Source: Myxococcota bacterium (GTDB lineage Bacteria > Myxococcota_A > SURF-8). From it: a DNA stretch of 64,000 bases. Each line of letters starts with the position of its first letter. Position 1 is the stretch's first letter. Of the stretch, positions 38,243 to 48,374 are shown piece after piece. The stretch covers positions 768,001 to 832,000 of the forward strand of contig CAXXQS010000002.1 in assembly GCA_963674735.2 (NCBI GenBank). Direction: 5' to 3'. Both the position numbers and the translations under genes were made by a program. The notes beneath the pieces are model-generated. The model worked only from the letters and a program-made list of their open reading frames with translations, ran no database searches and had not been told where the DNA came from.

Positions 38243-39517
38243 ATGACCTCACAGCGCATTATTTTACCCGCCTCGACAACCGCAGAAAGCTTCCGACACG
38301 CGGAAAATGTCATCAAAGAGGCCTGCCGGAATCCCGGCGCATCCCTGCGTTTTGCCTGCGCAACACCCGAGCAGGCCGGAGCGCTGGTAAGGCTCGTTCG
38401 GCTGGCCCACTCGCTGGGCGCAGCGTCGATCGAGGTCGAGCGCTCCGACTGGCTTGAAAACACAGCGAAAGTAACCCGCGCGCTCGAATTGGCCGGACTG
38501 ACCGACTGGCTCCCGTCCGACACGCCGAACACAACTGCGGCTGACCTCGAAGCCGAGCGGGCCGCCTGGTTCCGTCGTCATCCCGAACTTTTACCCCAGG
38601 ATTTCGTGCAAACCGCCAGTCGCTTGTCGAAAAACGAACAAGTGCGAGAGGCCATCATCCGGCCGGTCTACCGCTGCAACGAAAAATGCCATTTCTGCTG
38701 GATCTATCAGGAACAAGACGACCCGCCCGCCGCCACATCGGCCGAGGCGGTGGCGCGTCTGGCACGGCAAGGCTTCGATCTCCTCACGATTTCCGGTGGC
38801 GAACCCACCCTCTTTCACGGCTTGCCTGAGTTGATTCGACAAGCGAAAACCGAGGGATTCCGTTGGGTAACCTTGCAAACCAATGGGTTGCTGCTGGCAC
38901 AAGCCACCCGCGTGAAGGCTTTGGTCGAAGCGGGCTTGGATGAAGTTTTCCTGGCCCTGCATGCCGCCGATCCGGCTATCCACGACACCATCACCCAGCA
39001 TCCGGGCGCTCATGCCAAGACCTTGCAGGCCTTCGACCATCTATTGGACGCGCCACTGAAAGTCTGCATCAACGTGGTGCTGTGCCGTCCGAACCTAGCC
39101 GATTTGCCCGCTTTGGCGCAGCTTCTGGCCGAACGGGCCGAGCGGATCGGGCGTGACCTCACCCTCAATCTAGCTGTAGCGGCGCCCATGGGTCGCTACG
39201 CCGAACACTACGCCGCCTACACACCGCGCCTGACCGAGCTACAGGTGCCGTTGACCGAAGCCCTGGATATTCTGCGAAAAAGCCGGGTGCGTTACGACGG
39301 TTTTTCCTCGGCCTGCGGCGCGCCTTTATGTGCCGTCGGAAACCGACCCGACCTGTTGGCGGGAATCGCCCCGCTGCCGGATTCCGAACGCGGAGCGGAA
39401 TTCGTTCAGCCCGCCGCCTGCGAAAGCTGCCGCCTGCGCGCCGCCTGCCACGGCGTGCGCCGCGTCTATATCGAGGTTTTCGGTCCCGACGACCTGCAGC
39501 CTTTCCGTGAGTCGTAG
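38243..39517 (+). CDS. Radical SAM protein with a C-terminal Cys cluster (SPASM/twitch-like)
   Basis: CNEKCHFC, SGGEPTL, LQTNG, CGAPLC, CESCRLRAACHG. Confidence 0.9.
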   Translation: MTSQRIILPASTTAESFRHAENVIKEACRNPGASLRFACATPEQAGALVRLVRLAHSLGAASIEVERSDWLENTAKVTRALELAGLTDWLPSDTPNTTAADLEAERAAWFRRHPELLPQDFVQTASRLSKNEQVREAIIRPVYRCNEKCHFCWIYQEQDDPPAATSAEAVARLARQGFDLLTISGGEPTLFHGLPELIRQAKTEGFRWVTLQTNGLLLAQATRVKALVEAGLDEVFLALHAADPAIHDTITQHPGAHAKTLQAFDHLLDAPLKVCINVVLCRPNLADLPALAQLLAERAERIGRDLTLNLAVAAPMGRYAEHYAAYTPRLTELQVPLTEALDILRKSRVRYDGFSSACGAPLCAVGNRPDLLAGIAPLPDSERGAEFVQPAACESCRLRAACHGVRRVYIEVFGPDDLQPFRES

Positions 39518-39670
39518 CAGAAAACGAGCGGACCGGAAGATCGTTGTTTGTCCACCCAAAAACCTAGCCAAGCCTCTGCAATCGTGCTAGGCTGAGCCTT
39601 GGATCGCTGAATCGCGGAAAGGAGCCGACACATGCCAATCTATCCCACATCGCAACCGATCATGAAGGCG

Positions 39671-39913
39671 ATGTTCGGGCTTGGCCATTGGGAACTGATC
39701 ATTATCCTGGTGATTATCCTGGTGGTATTCGGAGCCGGAAAGCTGCCGGGCGTGGGGTCTGCATTGGGCGAAGGCATTCGCAATTTCAAGGGCGGCCTCA
39801 AAGGCGAAAAGAAAAGTGACGATCCGCCCAAACAAATCGATGCACCCAAAACGGAAGCCGCCGAACCGCTTGAAAAGAAAGTGGAAAAAGAATCCGAAAA
39901 GGTGGAACGCTAG
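39671..39913 (+). CDS. tatA: Twin-arginine translocase TatA/TatE
   Basis: [26 protein letters not shown]...LGEGIRNFK. Confidence 0.95.
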   Translation: MFGLGHWELIIILVIILVVFGAGKLPGVGSALGEGIRNFKGGLKGEKKSDDPPKQIDAPKTEAAEPLEKKVEKESEKVER

Positions 39914-40111
39914 AGGAAACGGATCCGCCTTGGCCGATCGGCCGGATTTGCAGCTTTGACTCGCTCAACCCGACCCTGCCCGATTCCGATCCAACCCGTG
40001 ACAACATCACATTTGGGGGAAGAAACGCCACCGCGTTCCACTCGACTATCACGACCACAGCGGCCGGTTCCTCAGGCTCGGCCGATTAAACGCTATCGGG
40101 AGAATATACGC

Positions 40112-41788
40112 ATGACGGATTTCAAACTTGCGCCGCATCCGCAGTTCAAAGGCATCGACGGACCGCTTCTGCTCGTCATCCTCGACGGCGTGGGCCTGTA
40201 CAAAGGCCGCGCGGAGGGTTATGAAGGCAACGCGGTCGACCAGGCCAAAACCCCCAACCTCGATCGCCTGATCGAAGAAGCCCCCGTTTTCATGAAGCTC
40301 AAGGCGCACGGCACCGCCGTCGGGCTCCCTTCGGACGGCGATATGGGTAATTCCGAGGTCGGTCACAACGCCTTCGGAGCGGGCCGCGTCTTCGCCCAGG
40401 GAGCCAAGCTGGTAAGCGAAGCCATCGCCACGGGCGAGCTGTTCACCGGAGAAGCCTGGCGCGAATTGACCGGACACGTCAAAGAAAGCGGCGGCGCCTC
40501 CCACCTGCTCGGGCTGCTGTCCGACGGCAACGTGCATAGTCATATCGACCACTTGCTGGCGCTGCTCGACCGTCTGGCCGCCGACGGCGTCCCGCGCGTG
40601 CGAGTCCATCCGCTGGCCGATGGCCGTGATGTCGACCCGGTTTCGTTTCACGTCTACATCGAACGCCTCGAAGCAGCTCTGGCGAAGCTGCGTGCCAAAG
40701 GCTGCGACGCCGTCATCGCCAGCGGTGGCGGACGTATGGCCATCACCATGGACCGCTACAACGCCAACTGGGATATGGTGCGCAAGGGCTGGGAAACACA
40801 TGTTTTAGGACGCGGGCGAACCTTCAAATCGGCGGCCGAAGCCATCGAGACGCTGCGTGCTGAAAACCCGGAGGTCATCGACCAGGACTTGCCGCCCTTT
40901 ATCATCGCCGACGTTTCCGGAGAACCGCTGGGGACGGTCGAAGACGGCGACGCGCTGGTGTTCTTCAACTTCCGTGGCGACCGCGCCATCGAAATTTCAC
41001 GCGCCTTCACCGAAACGGACTTCAACGAATTCGACCGCGAGCGCGTCCCGGATATTCAGTACGCCGGTATGATGCAGTACGACGGCGATCTGCACATCCC
41101 GCCCCGTTTTCTGGTCAACCCGCCGGCTCTGTCGCGTACCGTATCGGAATACCTGGCGAAAAACGGCGTGGCTCAGTTCGCCACCGCCGAAACGCAGAAA
41201 TTCGGGCACGTCACCTACTTCTGGAACGGAAACAATTCCGAGAAGTTCAGCAGCGACCTCGAAACCTGGGTGGAAGTCACCTCCGACGTCATTCCCTTCG
41301 AACAGAAGCCCGAAATGAAGGCGCGCGAAGTGTGTCAAACCCTGCTCGACGCCTTAAAGAGCGGAGACTATCCTTTCCTACGCGTCAATTTCGCCAATGG
41401 CGACATGGTGGGTCACACCGGCGTGCTGTCCGCCGCCATTACCGCCATGGAAGTGGTGGATGAATGCGTGGGCAAACTGGAAGCCGCCATCAAGCAAGTC
41501 GGGGGCACGCTGGTCATCACCGCCGATCACGGCAACTCGGACCAGATGCTGGAAATCGACAAGAAAACCGGCAAGCTCAAGCTCGATAAGGGCGGAAAAC
41601 CCATCGTGAAAACCAGCCACACGCTGTCGCCGGTGCCCTGGATTTTAACCGGAGCCAAGGCCGACGCTTTCACCGCAAACTCCGCAGTCGCCGTTCCCGG
41701 ACTGGCCAACCAAGCCGCCACCGTGCTCCTGTTGCTCGGTTTCACTCCGCCCGACGACTACGAGCCGCCGTTGATTGTGTTGAAGTAG
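40112..41788 (+). CDS. gpmI: 2,3-bisphosphoglycerate-independent phosphoglycerate mutase
   Basis: ILDGVG, MGNSEVGHN, SDGNVHSH, NFRGDRA, NGDMVGHTG, TADHGN. Confidence 0.96.
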   Translation: MTDFKLAPHPQFKGIDGPLLLVILDGVGLYKGRAEGYEGNAVDQAKTPNLDRLIEEAPVFMKLKAHGTAVGLPSDGDMGNSEVGHNAFGAGRVFAQGAKLVSEAIATGELFTGEAWRELTGHVKESGGASHLLGLLSDGNVHSHIDHLLALLDRLAADGVPRVRVHPLADGRDVDPVSFHVYIERLEAALAKLRAKGCDAVIASGGGRMAITMDRYNANWDMVRKGWETHVLGRGRTFKSAAEAIETLRAENPEVIDQDLPPFIIADVSGEPLGTVEDGDALVFFNFRGDRAIEISRAFTETDFNEFDRERVPDIQYAGMMQYDGDLHIPPRFLVNPPALSRTVSEYLAKNGVAQFATAETQKFGHVTYFWNGNNSEKFSSDLETWVEVTSDVIPFEQKPEMKAREVCQTLLDALKSGDYPFLRVNFANGDMVGHTGVLSAAITAMEVVDECVGKLEAAIKQVGGTLVITADHGNSDQMLEIDKKTGKLKLDKGGKPIVKTSHTLSPVPWILTGAKADAFTANSAVAVPGLANQAATVLLLLGFTPPDDYEPPLIVLK

Positions 41789-41807
41789 CCGTCTGCCTGA
41801 AACAAAC

Positions 41808-41842
41808 AAACGCCCCGATCCATCGATCGAGGCGTTTTTTTT
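41808..41842. terminator. Bidirectional terminator
   Basis: AAACGCCCCGATC-CATC-GATCGAGGCGTTT-TTTTT. Confidence 0.75.
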
Positions 41843-41861
41843 ATTAATCCGCAAGCATTCG

Positions 41862-42260
41862 TCAGCGCACATCCAGCCGGATCCAACGGGTGGTCTCGCG
41901 TTCGGCTACCTTGAGCAAGGCGCGAATATCCGCACCGTCGAAGGCCCACAGACGCAAGGCGTCGTCTCCCCAAGCCACCAGCACCCCGTTTTCAAGACTC
42001 CCGTTTTCCCTGCCCTTGACGATGCTCACCGTCACGCCGTCCGGCACCGTTTCGGCCTTCAAGGCTTCTTCGCCATATTGCTCGGCCGCAATTCGGGCCA
42101 GGGCGAAGGCGGTATGCTTACCCGACGAGCCCGCACCGTGCGTGATCGGTCGGACATAGGACTGCGTTTCGAGCGCCGCCTCGGGAATCAGCAAGACTCC
42201 CTTGTCCGCAAGGAAATCCAGCTCGCCGATGCTGACTATGATGTGTGTATCGTCATTCAT
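41862..42260 (-). CDS. Hypothetical protein (132 aa)
   Basis: Clean ORF with ATG, protein-like composition, co-directional with rdgC. Confidence 0.7.
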   Translation of the reverse strand: MNDDTHIIVSIGELDFLADKGVLLIPEAALETQSYVRPITHGAGSSGKHTAFALARIAAEQYGEEALKAETVPDGVTVSIVKGRENGSLENGVLVAWGDDALRLWAFDGADIRALLKVAERETTRWIRLDVR

Positions 42261-42376
42261 GAGCGATTACCCCAAAACCGGTAATTTCATCGGGAGATTA
42301 CCACGGCCAACCCGCTTGCGCCCAGCGTCCGATGCGCCACCTGCGCTCGTTGGTCGGTTTGCCGCACTCCGCATTG

Positions 42377-43543
42377 CTACTTGCTGCGACACCATTTCTG
42401 AATGGCCTCGGCGGTCTCCTTCCATTCCGTATCCAGACGCGCACGAAGGAAATGGGACAGGAGTGAATCGAACATCTGCAAACCCGATTCGACCAGATGC
42501 ATGCGTTCATAAAAAACCGCATCGCGTTCATCGCGCTCATCGGTCAGTTCGTCTTTTTCAACATGCACCTTGGGCGTCTTGTAAGATGTGAAGTGGAAGG
42601 TCTCGCCCTTGAGCGTCATTGCCCACACATCCTCGCCCTTCTCCATGTAAAGCGTCGCCTCCCCGATCGCGTGCCCCAAGCGCAAGGCGGCCCGCAACTC
42701 CTTGAATTTCTCCATCGGACCTACGTAGGTGATGCGTCGTTCGCCTTCGCCCACCGCACCGGCGGCCACCACGCGGCTGTCGGCATGTGCCACGAAACCT
42801 TCGCCTTCGAGCGCCGGACCCTCCTGGTTGATGCTGTACACCCCATCCTCTTCTTCGCTGCGGTAAATCATCCAAAGCAGAAATTCCTGCCCCAGCCAGC
42901 GGTTATCCTTGATGAGATCCACCACGTGGTCGGACGCCGCCTGGTTGTGCTGCGCCAACGCTCGATGCCGTTTGGCGGGCAGCACCCGTTGAGCTCGATA
43001 GAAGGGATACACACTCAGCAGGGACAAGCCATCGAAGGTCGAGGAAAACAGCTTCTCCACCGCATCGATCCGGTTGGTGGCCAAAGTGGACATAAAGACG
43101 GTCTTCTGCTCGACATTCCACACCACATCGAGCATCTGCGGCGTCGGCAAGGTTTTCGATAACAGCGCCTGGTGCAGCATCTCGCGCATCTCCAGCTTGC
43201 GTTCGCGCGGCACCCAATTCAGATTCGGATGCTCGGCCAGCCAGCGGCGACATTCGAGGTCGAGACGATTTTTCAGTAGCACCCGAGGCACTTTGCGTTC
43301 GTCGTGACGGAAACTCAAACACACGTAAGGCGGCCGCCAGAATCCCCGGAAATCGTCGAAATCGATGGCGTTCATGTCGTCCAGACCGGTAAAACCCTCC
43401 GATTTTTCCGCTGAAACGTCATCGATGGGACGAAAAGCCCCGCGCTTGAGTCGCGACGCCAACCAGGACTCCAGCCCGTCCTCCGGAATCTGCCCAATGA
43501 CCTGAAATTCGGCCAGGCTGACCGTATTTCCCATGATGCCCAT
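42377..43543 (-). CDS. rdgC: RdgC-like recombination-associated protein (deltaproteobacterial long form)
   Basis: AFRPID...EKSEGF, FRHDERKVP, LLSKTLPTP, LGQEFLLW; RBS GAGGAG. Confidence 0.8.
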   Translation of the reverse strand: MGIMGNTVSLAEFQVIGQIPEDGLESWLASRLKRGAFRPIDDVSAEKSEGFTGLDDMNAIDFDDFRGFWRPPYVCLSFRHDERKVPRVLLKNRLDLECRRWLAEHPNLNWVPRERKLEMREMLHQALLSKTLPTPQMLDVVWNVEQKTVFMSTLATNRIDAVEKLFSSTFDGLSLLSVYPFYRAQRVLPAKRHRALAQHNQAASDHVVDLIKDNRWLGQEFLLWMIYRSEEEDGVYSINQEGPALEGEGFVAHADSRVVAAGAVGEGERRITYVGPMEKFKELRAALRLGHAIGEATLYMEKGEDVWAMTLKGETFHFTSYKTPKVHVEKDELTDERDERDAVFYERMHLVESGLQMFDSLLSHFLRARLDTEWKETAEAIQKWCRSK

Positions 43544-43569
43544 AGGTGCTGCTCCTCTTGCGTAATCCG

Positions 43570-45912
43570 CTAACGGCGCTTGAGCGCCGCAAAGGGGTTG
43601 TTCGAAAATCCGTCACCGCCACCCTGCGTCTTCTTGGACGACGATCGCTTAGCCGCCTTGCCCGCTTTGGCCGATCCTCGACCGGGCTCGGGGGAAGAAG
43701 CCGCAGTCGGTCGAGCCTGAGCATCGGAGCGCGGAGCGCTTTCTTTACGCGCCGACAAACCGATGCGCTTACGAGCCAGGTCCACATCGAGCACCCGCAC
43801 CTTGATGCGGTCGCCCACGGCCACCACCTCGCGCGGGTCTTTCACGAAGCGGTCGGCCAGCTCCGAAATATGCACCAAGCCGTCCTGATGGACGCCCACA
43901 TCCACAAAGGCCCCGAAAACCGTCACGTTGGTCACCACTCCTTCCAGTTCCATGCCTGCCTTCAAGTCGCCGATTTCGGTGACATCTTCCCGGAAGGCGG
44001 GCAATTCGAAGGCCTTGCGCGGATCGCGACCGGGCTTTTTCAGCTCGTCCACGATATCGCGCAACGTGGGCTCTCCCACGTCGTCCCCGACGTAACGATG
44101 GACGTCGATGCGCTCGACCAAAGCGGTATCGCCCATGAGTTCATGCAGCTTGACTCCCAGGTCCAGGGCCATGCGCTCCACCAAAGGGTAGCGTTCGGGG
44201 TGAACCGCCGAGGCGTCCAGCGGATGATCGCCGCCACGCACGCGCAGAAAACCGGCGGCCTGTTCGAAGGCGCGCGGCCCCAAGCCCGTGACCTTCAGTA
44301 GAGCTTTACGCCCGTTAAACGCGCCATTCGCATCGCGATAGGCAATGATATTTTTCGCAACCGATGGCCGCAAGCCGGCCACGCGCGCCAATAACGGCGA
44401 GCTGGCGGTATTGAGTTCGACACCCACCCGGTTAACGCAACTTTCCACCACATCATCCAACTTGCGCGCCAGAAGCGGCTGGTAGACGTCGTGCTGGTAC
44501 TGCCCGACACCGATCGCTTTGGGATCGATCTTCACCAGTTCCGCCAGCGGATCTTGCAAGCGCCGCGCAATCGATACGGCGCCGCGCACCGAGACATCCA
44601 GTTCCGGGAATTCTTCGCGTGCGATATCCGAAGCCGAATACACGCTGGCCCCCGACTCGTTGACCGGCAGCACGGCGACATCCGTAATCCCCACACTTTT
44701 CAGCGTCTCCCGCACCAGGGCTTCGGTCTCGCGCCCGGCCGTTCCGTTTCCCACCCCGATCACCTGCGAGCCATGGCGTGCCAGCGCAGCGAGTATGGCT
44801 TGGCGGGCCGACTCACGTTCGCAGGCTCCACGCGCCGGATAAATGGTGAAATGCTCCAGCAGTTTTCCGGTGGCGTCGAGCACAACGCATTTGCAGCCGG
44901 TGCGAATGCCCGGGTCGACCCCCAGAACCGGCTTTTCGCCGAGCGGAGGCGCCAAGAGCAGATCGCGCATGTTATCGGCGAACACCTCCACCGCCGCATC
45001 GTCGGAACGCATCTTGAGCTCGACGCGCACATCGCTGTCGATACTGGGAGCCACCAGCCGTTTATAGCCATCGGCGATGGCTTCGCGCATCGGCCCGGCA
45101 AAAGGCGAGCGTTCGTTCAAACCCATGATTTGCTCGATAGCGGACAAAAGCGGTTCGACAGTGAGTTCGATACGTACCCGCAGCACGTTTTCGCTTTCTC
45201 CGCGCCGAATCGCCAGATAGCGATGCGAAGGGATGCTTTGCACCGGCTCACGAAAATCGTAATACTGCTCGAATTTGGTCACCGCCTCGCGTTGATCGGG
45301 GACGACTTCCGACACCAGCATGCCTTGTCGAACGAACGCCCGGCGCACCAGACTGCGCACTTCGGCATTTTCCGCCATCGCCTCGGCCACCACGTCGCGG
45401 GCCCCGGCCAAGGCCGCCGTACTGTCGGGTACATCCAGCTCGGCATTTACAAAGGCCTCCGCCTCGCTCAGCGGATCGCCGGTATCGGGCTGTTCCAGCA
45501 CACGATCGGCCAAGGCTTGCAGGCCGCGCTCGCGGGCAATGGCGGCCCGCGTACGACGTTTGGGCTTGTAGGGCAGGTAAAGATCTTCCAAGACGGTTTT
45601 GCTGGTACAGGCGACAATCCGCGCCCGCAGGTCGTCGGTCAACTTGCCCTGATCGTCGATGGTGCCGAGAATCGTTTGACGACGATTTTCGAGATCCGTG
45701 AAATAGGCGTGACGCTCTTCGATGCTGCGAATCTGCACCTCATCGAGTCCGCCCGTGGCTTCCTTGCGATAGCGGGCGATAAACGGCACGGTATTGCCAT
45801 CGGTCAAAAGGGCAATAACCGACGCGATGGAACGCGCCGTCAGTTTCAGCTCCGCCTCTAACAGTTTAACCGCATCGAACGCGGTTTCATATCCCTTGGC
45901 GTTTCCGCTCAT
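43570..45912 (-). CDS. tex: Tex family RNA-binding transcription accessory protein
   Basis: GNTVPFIARYRKEATGGLDE, LEDLYLPYK, GVDPGIRTGCK, SIARRLQDPLAELVKIDPK, S1 domain; real start ATG 45912. Confidence 0.95.
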   Translation of the reverse strand: MSGNAKGYETAFDAVKLLEAELKLTARSIASVIALLTDGNTVPFIARYRKEATGGLDEVQIRSIEERHAYFTDLENRRQTILGTIDDQGKLTDDLRARIVACTSKTVLEDLYLPYKPKRRTRAAIARERGLQALADRVLEQPDTGDPLSEAEAFVNAELDVPDSTAALAGARDVVAEAMAENAEVRSLVRRAFVRQGMLVSEVVPDQREAVTKFEQYYDFREPVQSIPSHRYLAIRRGESENVLRVRIELTVEPLLSAIEQIMGLNERSPFAGPMREAIADGYKRLVAPSIDSDVRVELKMRSDDAAVEVFADNMRDLLLAPPLGEKPVLGVDPGIRTGCKCVVLDATGKLLEHFTIYPARGACERESARQAILAALARHGSQVIGVGNGTAGRETEALVRETLKSVGITDVAVLPVNESGASVYSASDIAREEFPELDVSVRGAVSIARRLQDPLAELVKIDPKAIGVGQYQHDVYQPLLARKLDDVVESCVNRVGVELNTASSPLLARVAGLRPSVAKNIIAYRDANGAFNGRKALLKVTGLGPRAFEQAAGFLRVRGGDHPLDASAVHPERYPLVERMALDLGVKLHELMGDTALVERIDVHRYVGDDVGEPTLRDIVDELKKPGRDPRKAFELPAFREDVTEIGDLKAGMELEGVVTNVTVFGAFVDVGVHQDGLVHISELADRFVKDPREVVAVGDRIKVRVLDVDLARKRIGLSARKESAPRSDAQARPTAASSPEPGRGSAKAGKAAKRSSSKKTQGGGDGFSNNPFAALKRR

Positions 45913-46079
45913 CTTCAAACTCCTCAACCCCGTTGCAACGGATCCAATTCCGGAACGGCCTACTTTGCCATACTTGTTTGCGGAAGGAAAGCTTTCAATG
46001 TTAGGCTGCAGGCTCCGGCAGACGGGCGAAAAGCCCTCTGTCACGCAAGCGATTGGAATTATTCTTTTTCGAGGTTTCA

Positions 46080-46748
46080 TTGGCGAAGAACGATCTGAAA
46101 CAACTTTACGACGACGCCTTTTTCGAGCTTTGGGGCGCCCACAATCGCGACTACGTCCGCTCGGCTCGCACCGTGGCGGATTGTCTTTTCGAGCAATACC
46201 GGCCTGCGACCGTGCTGGACCTGGGTTGCGGCGCCGGCTTCCATTGCGCCCGGCTGATCGAACACGGCGTACAGGTGGTGGCCGCCGACTGGAGCGCCTG
46301 CCCGCTTGAAACCCGCGCCCCCGGCCTCGATCACATCGAAACCGTGGACCTCGGCCGCCCTTTGCCGGACGACCGTTTTCCGCAAGTCGATCTGGTTTTG
46401 TGCCTGGATGTGGCCGAGCACCTGCCACCGGAGCAATCCCAAGCCATCGTGGACAACTGCACCCGTTTTTCAGACCTGGTGGCGTTCTCGGCCGCTCCGC
46501 CGGGCCAGGGAGGCGTGGGACATGTCAACGAACAGCCGCGCCGCTACTGGTTTGAACGCTTCAACAAAGCCCGTTTTCGTCACTGTCGAAAAGAATCGGG
46601 GTGGCTGGACGTTCGTGGACTGGCTCTGCGCGACGTCATCACCCTACGCTGGATGATCACCCAGGTCGCCATTTTCCGCCGTGGACCGCGTTGGCCCTAT
46701 CCTCCCATGCGTTGTCCGGGACACCCGCCCACAGAGCTACTGGGCTGA
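46080..46748 (+). CDS. Class I SAM-dependent methyltransferase (possibly acting on glycans)
   Basis: VLDLGCGAG, LCLDVAEHL, FSAAPPGQGGVGHVNEQ; TTG start with GAGG. Confidence 0.85.
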   Translation: MAKNDLKQLYDDAFFELWGAHNRDYVRSARTVADCLFEQYRPATVLDLGCGAGFHCARLIEHGVQVVAADWSACPLETRAPGLDHIETVDLGRPLPDDRFPQVDLVLCLDVAEHLPPEQSQAIVDNCTRFSDLVAFSAAPPGQGGVGHVNEQPRRYWFERFNKARFRHCRKESGWLDVRGLALRDVITLRWMITQVAIFRRGPRWPYPPMRCPGHPPTELLG

Positions 46749-46790
46749 TTTCCGGCAATCTTGGCCCAAAAATACCTGATTCCACACAGA

Positions 46791-46817
46791 AAAACGGGAG
46801 ACCTTTCGATCTCCCGT
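46791..46817. terminator. Terminator between convergent genes
   Basis: AAAACGGGAGA-CCTTTCGA-TCTCCCGT. Confidence 0.65.
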
Positions 46818-46849
46818 GGTAGACGGATTCAGGCTCAAACCCATATGGA

Positions 46850-48052
46850 TTACAAAGCCAATTCCCCTTCGATGGCGTCCACGAGACCGCTCGGCAAACA
46901 GGCTTTGTGATCGCCGAAGAAGCTGTCCTTCACATCCTGCTCCATCAGGCCGCGATCCACCCAACTCTGCGGATCGAGGCACAATTGGCCGTCGGCCGGG
47001 CGGCAATCGCCGGTAACCTCGCACTCACGCAGACAAAGATCGACGACTTCGTAACCTTCGCCCACAAAGCCTGCATTGACGCAAAATCCCTTGATATCTT
47101 CCGTGCAAGGTGCGCAGCTCATGGCCGAACAATAACCGTTCGCCACATCGATCGTCGTTCCGCCCCCCAACAGGCTGGAGATCAGGCTGGTTGTGAGACA
47201 GAAATTGGTGGCACACTCATCGGCCTCGACACAGGCCGCTCCCGCTTCGCCATCTTCGGGCGGTGTGCCGTCTCCCACGGCCGGAGTCAGCTGAATCGTG
47301 TAGCTGTAATCACCCGACGCATCGGCGGCGAAGCTGTCCATCACGATGTAATAATCCCCGTCGGAAAGGGCGCTGAACGCCAAAATCTCCTGTTCGCCGG
47401 TCGGTTTATCGTTGACGAACTTGGAGCAGGTGACCGTGTCATCGCAACCGTTCTCCAACACATAAATCAAGGCGTCGAAGTCCGCACCGCCAAAGGCCAC
47501 CTGCAGAGTATCACCCACAACCATGGGAATCGACACCACCACTTCGGGGCCTGCACCGGACTGTAAAACCGGAGCAATTTCGCCATCGTCGTCCTGATCG
47601 CCATCCACCGTTGCATCGGTATCGCCATCGCTGGCGTCAGTCTCCAATTCCGCATCGCTATCCGCGTCCTCTACGGTTTCGGCAGACTCGGCAACCTCGG
47701 AATCTTCCACGCTTTCAGTATCTTCCGCATCGCCATCCAGACGCCAGCGCGCCGTCGGTTCGACGACGGGCACGGCACAGGCCACACCGGTTACGACGGA
47801 AGCATCACTCAACTCGCCCTCGCCTTCCATCTCCAGCGCCCGGCCGTCCGCTCCGTGAATGAACGGTTCGTCACAGCCACCGGAGCCCGTGACCGGAACA
47901 TCTCCGTCCACCGGAGCATCGCCGTCGGCACTTTCTCCGTCGCCATCCACCATGTCGGCAAATTGGCCATAGCCCTGGTAATCGCAACCACTCACCATGA
48001 ACGCCATCAGCAGCGCTACTCCGATCAACAATGTCCATTGGGCCGATTTCAT
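46850..48052 (-). CDS. Lipoprotein with DGD-rich linkers, a PPC-like beta-sandwich and a Cys-rich C-terminus
   Basis: Lipobox MVSGC; DFDALIYVL...GDYYIVMDSF...GDYSYTI (PPC-like); multiple Cys. Confidence 0.75.
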   Translation of the reverse strand: MKSAQWTLLIGVALLMAFMVSGCDYQGYGQFADMVDGDGESADGDAPVDGDVPVTGSGGCDEPFIHGADGRALEMEGEGELSDASVVTGVACAVPVVEPTARWRLDGDAEDTESVEDSEVAESAETVEDADSDAELETDASDGDTDATVDGDQDDDGEIAPVLQSGAGPEVVVSIPMVVGDTLQVAFGGADFDALIYVLENGCDDTVTCSKFVNDKPTGEQEILAFSALSDGDYYIVMDSFAADASGDYSYTIQLTPAVGDGTPPEDGEAGAACVEADECATNFCLTTSLISSLLGGGTTIDVANGYCSAMSCAPCTEDIKGFCVNAGFVGEGYEVVDLCLRECEVTGDCRPADGQLCLDPQSWVDRGLMEQDVKDSFFGDHKACLPSGLVDAIEGELAL

Positions 48053-48374
48053 CCTTTTCCCCTCCTCGCCGATTCCGAACCTCCCTATTTACCGCTCGTG
48101 TTCGCGCAGAATGGCTCGGCTGTCATTTTGATTTGACGGTGCAGATCAAACGGAACGCAAGATTGCGCAACTCCGTCATGCTCGCGAGTATAGCCAAACC
48201 CGATACCCGGTGGCAAGATTTTCACGTGGTTTTTTTAATAAAATCAAAATTCTTGCAACCTTATGCCTCTCTCCCTTTCGACAGCCCAGATCTGACACGC
48301 GGTTAAAAAAGAGTGGCGAGAGTCGCTTTCACTAGGTATAATGAACCACTGTGTAGTGAGGACTGGAGAGGCGC

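Noticed and set aside
38243-39517. Lipoyl synthase acting on the adjacent GcvH-like domain, or a His-Xaa-Ser RiPP cluster
   Set aside because: Lacks the LipA CX4CX5C motif; the GcvH-like domain has no acceptor Lys; no HxS-repeat precursor or partner genes seen
34681-39913. Genomic island integrated at tRNA-Cys
   Set aside because: No integrase, no duplicated tRNA 3' end found, no obvious compositional shift
39997-40012. CRP/FNR-like site GTGA-caaca-TCAC upstream of gpmI
   Set aside because: Spacer is 5 nt rather than 6
45913-46428. N-terminal extension of Tex in the ORF track (similar over-extensions for tig, the TBDR, radical SAM and M64)
   Set aside because: The extensions overlap other genes or tRNAs or lack domain content; downstream starts have RBSs and fit family N-termini
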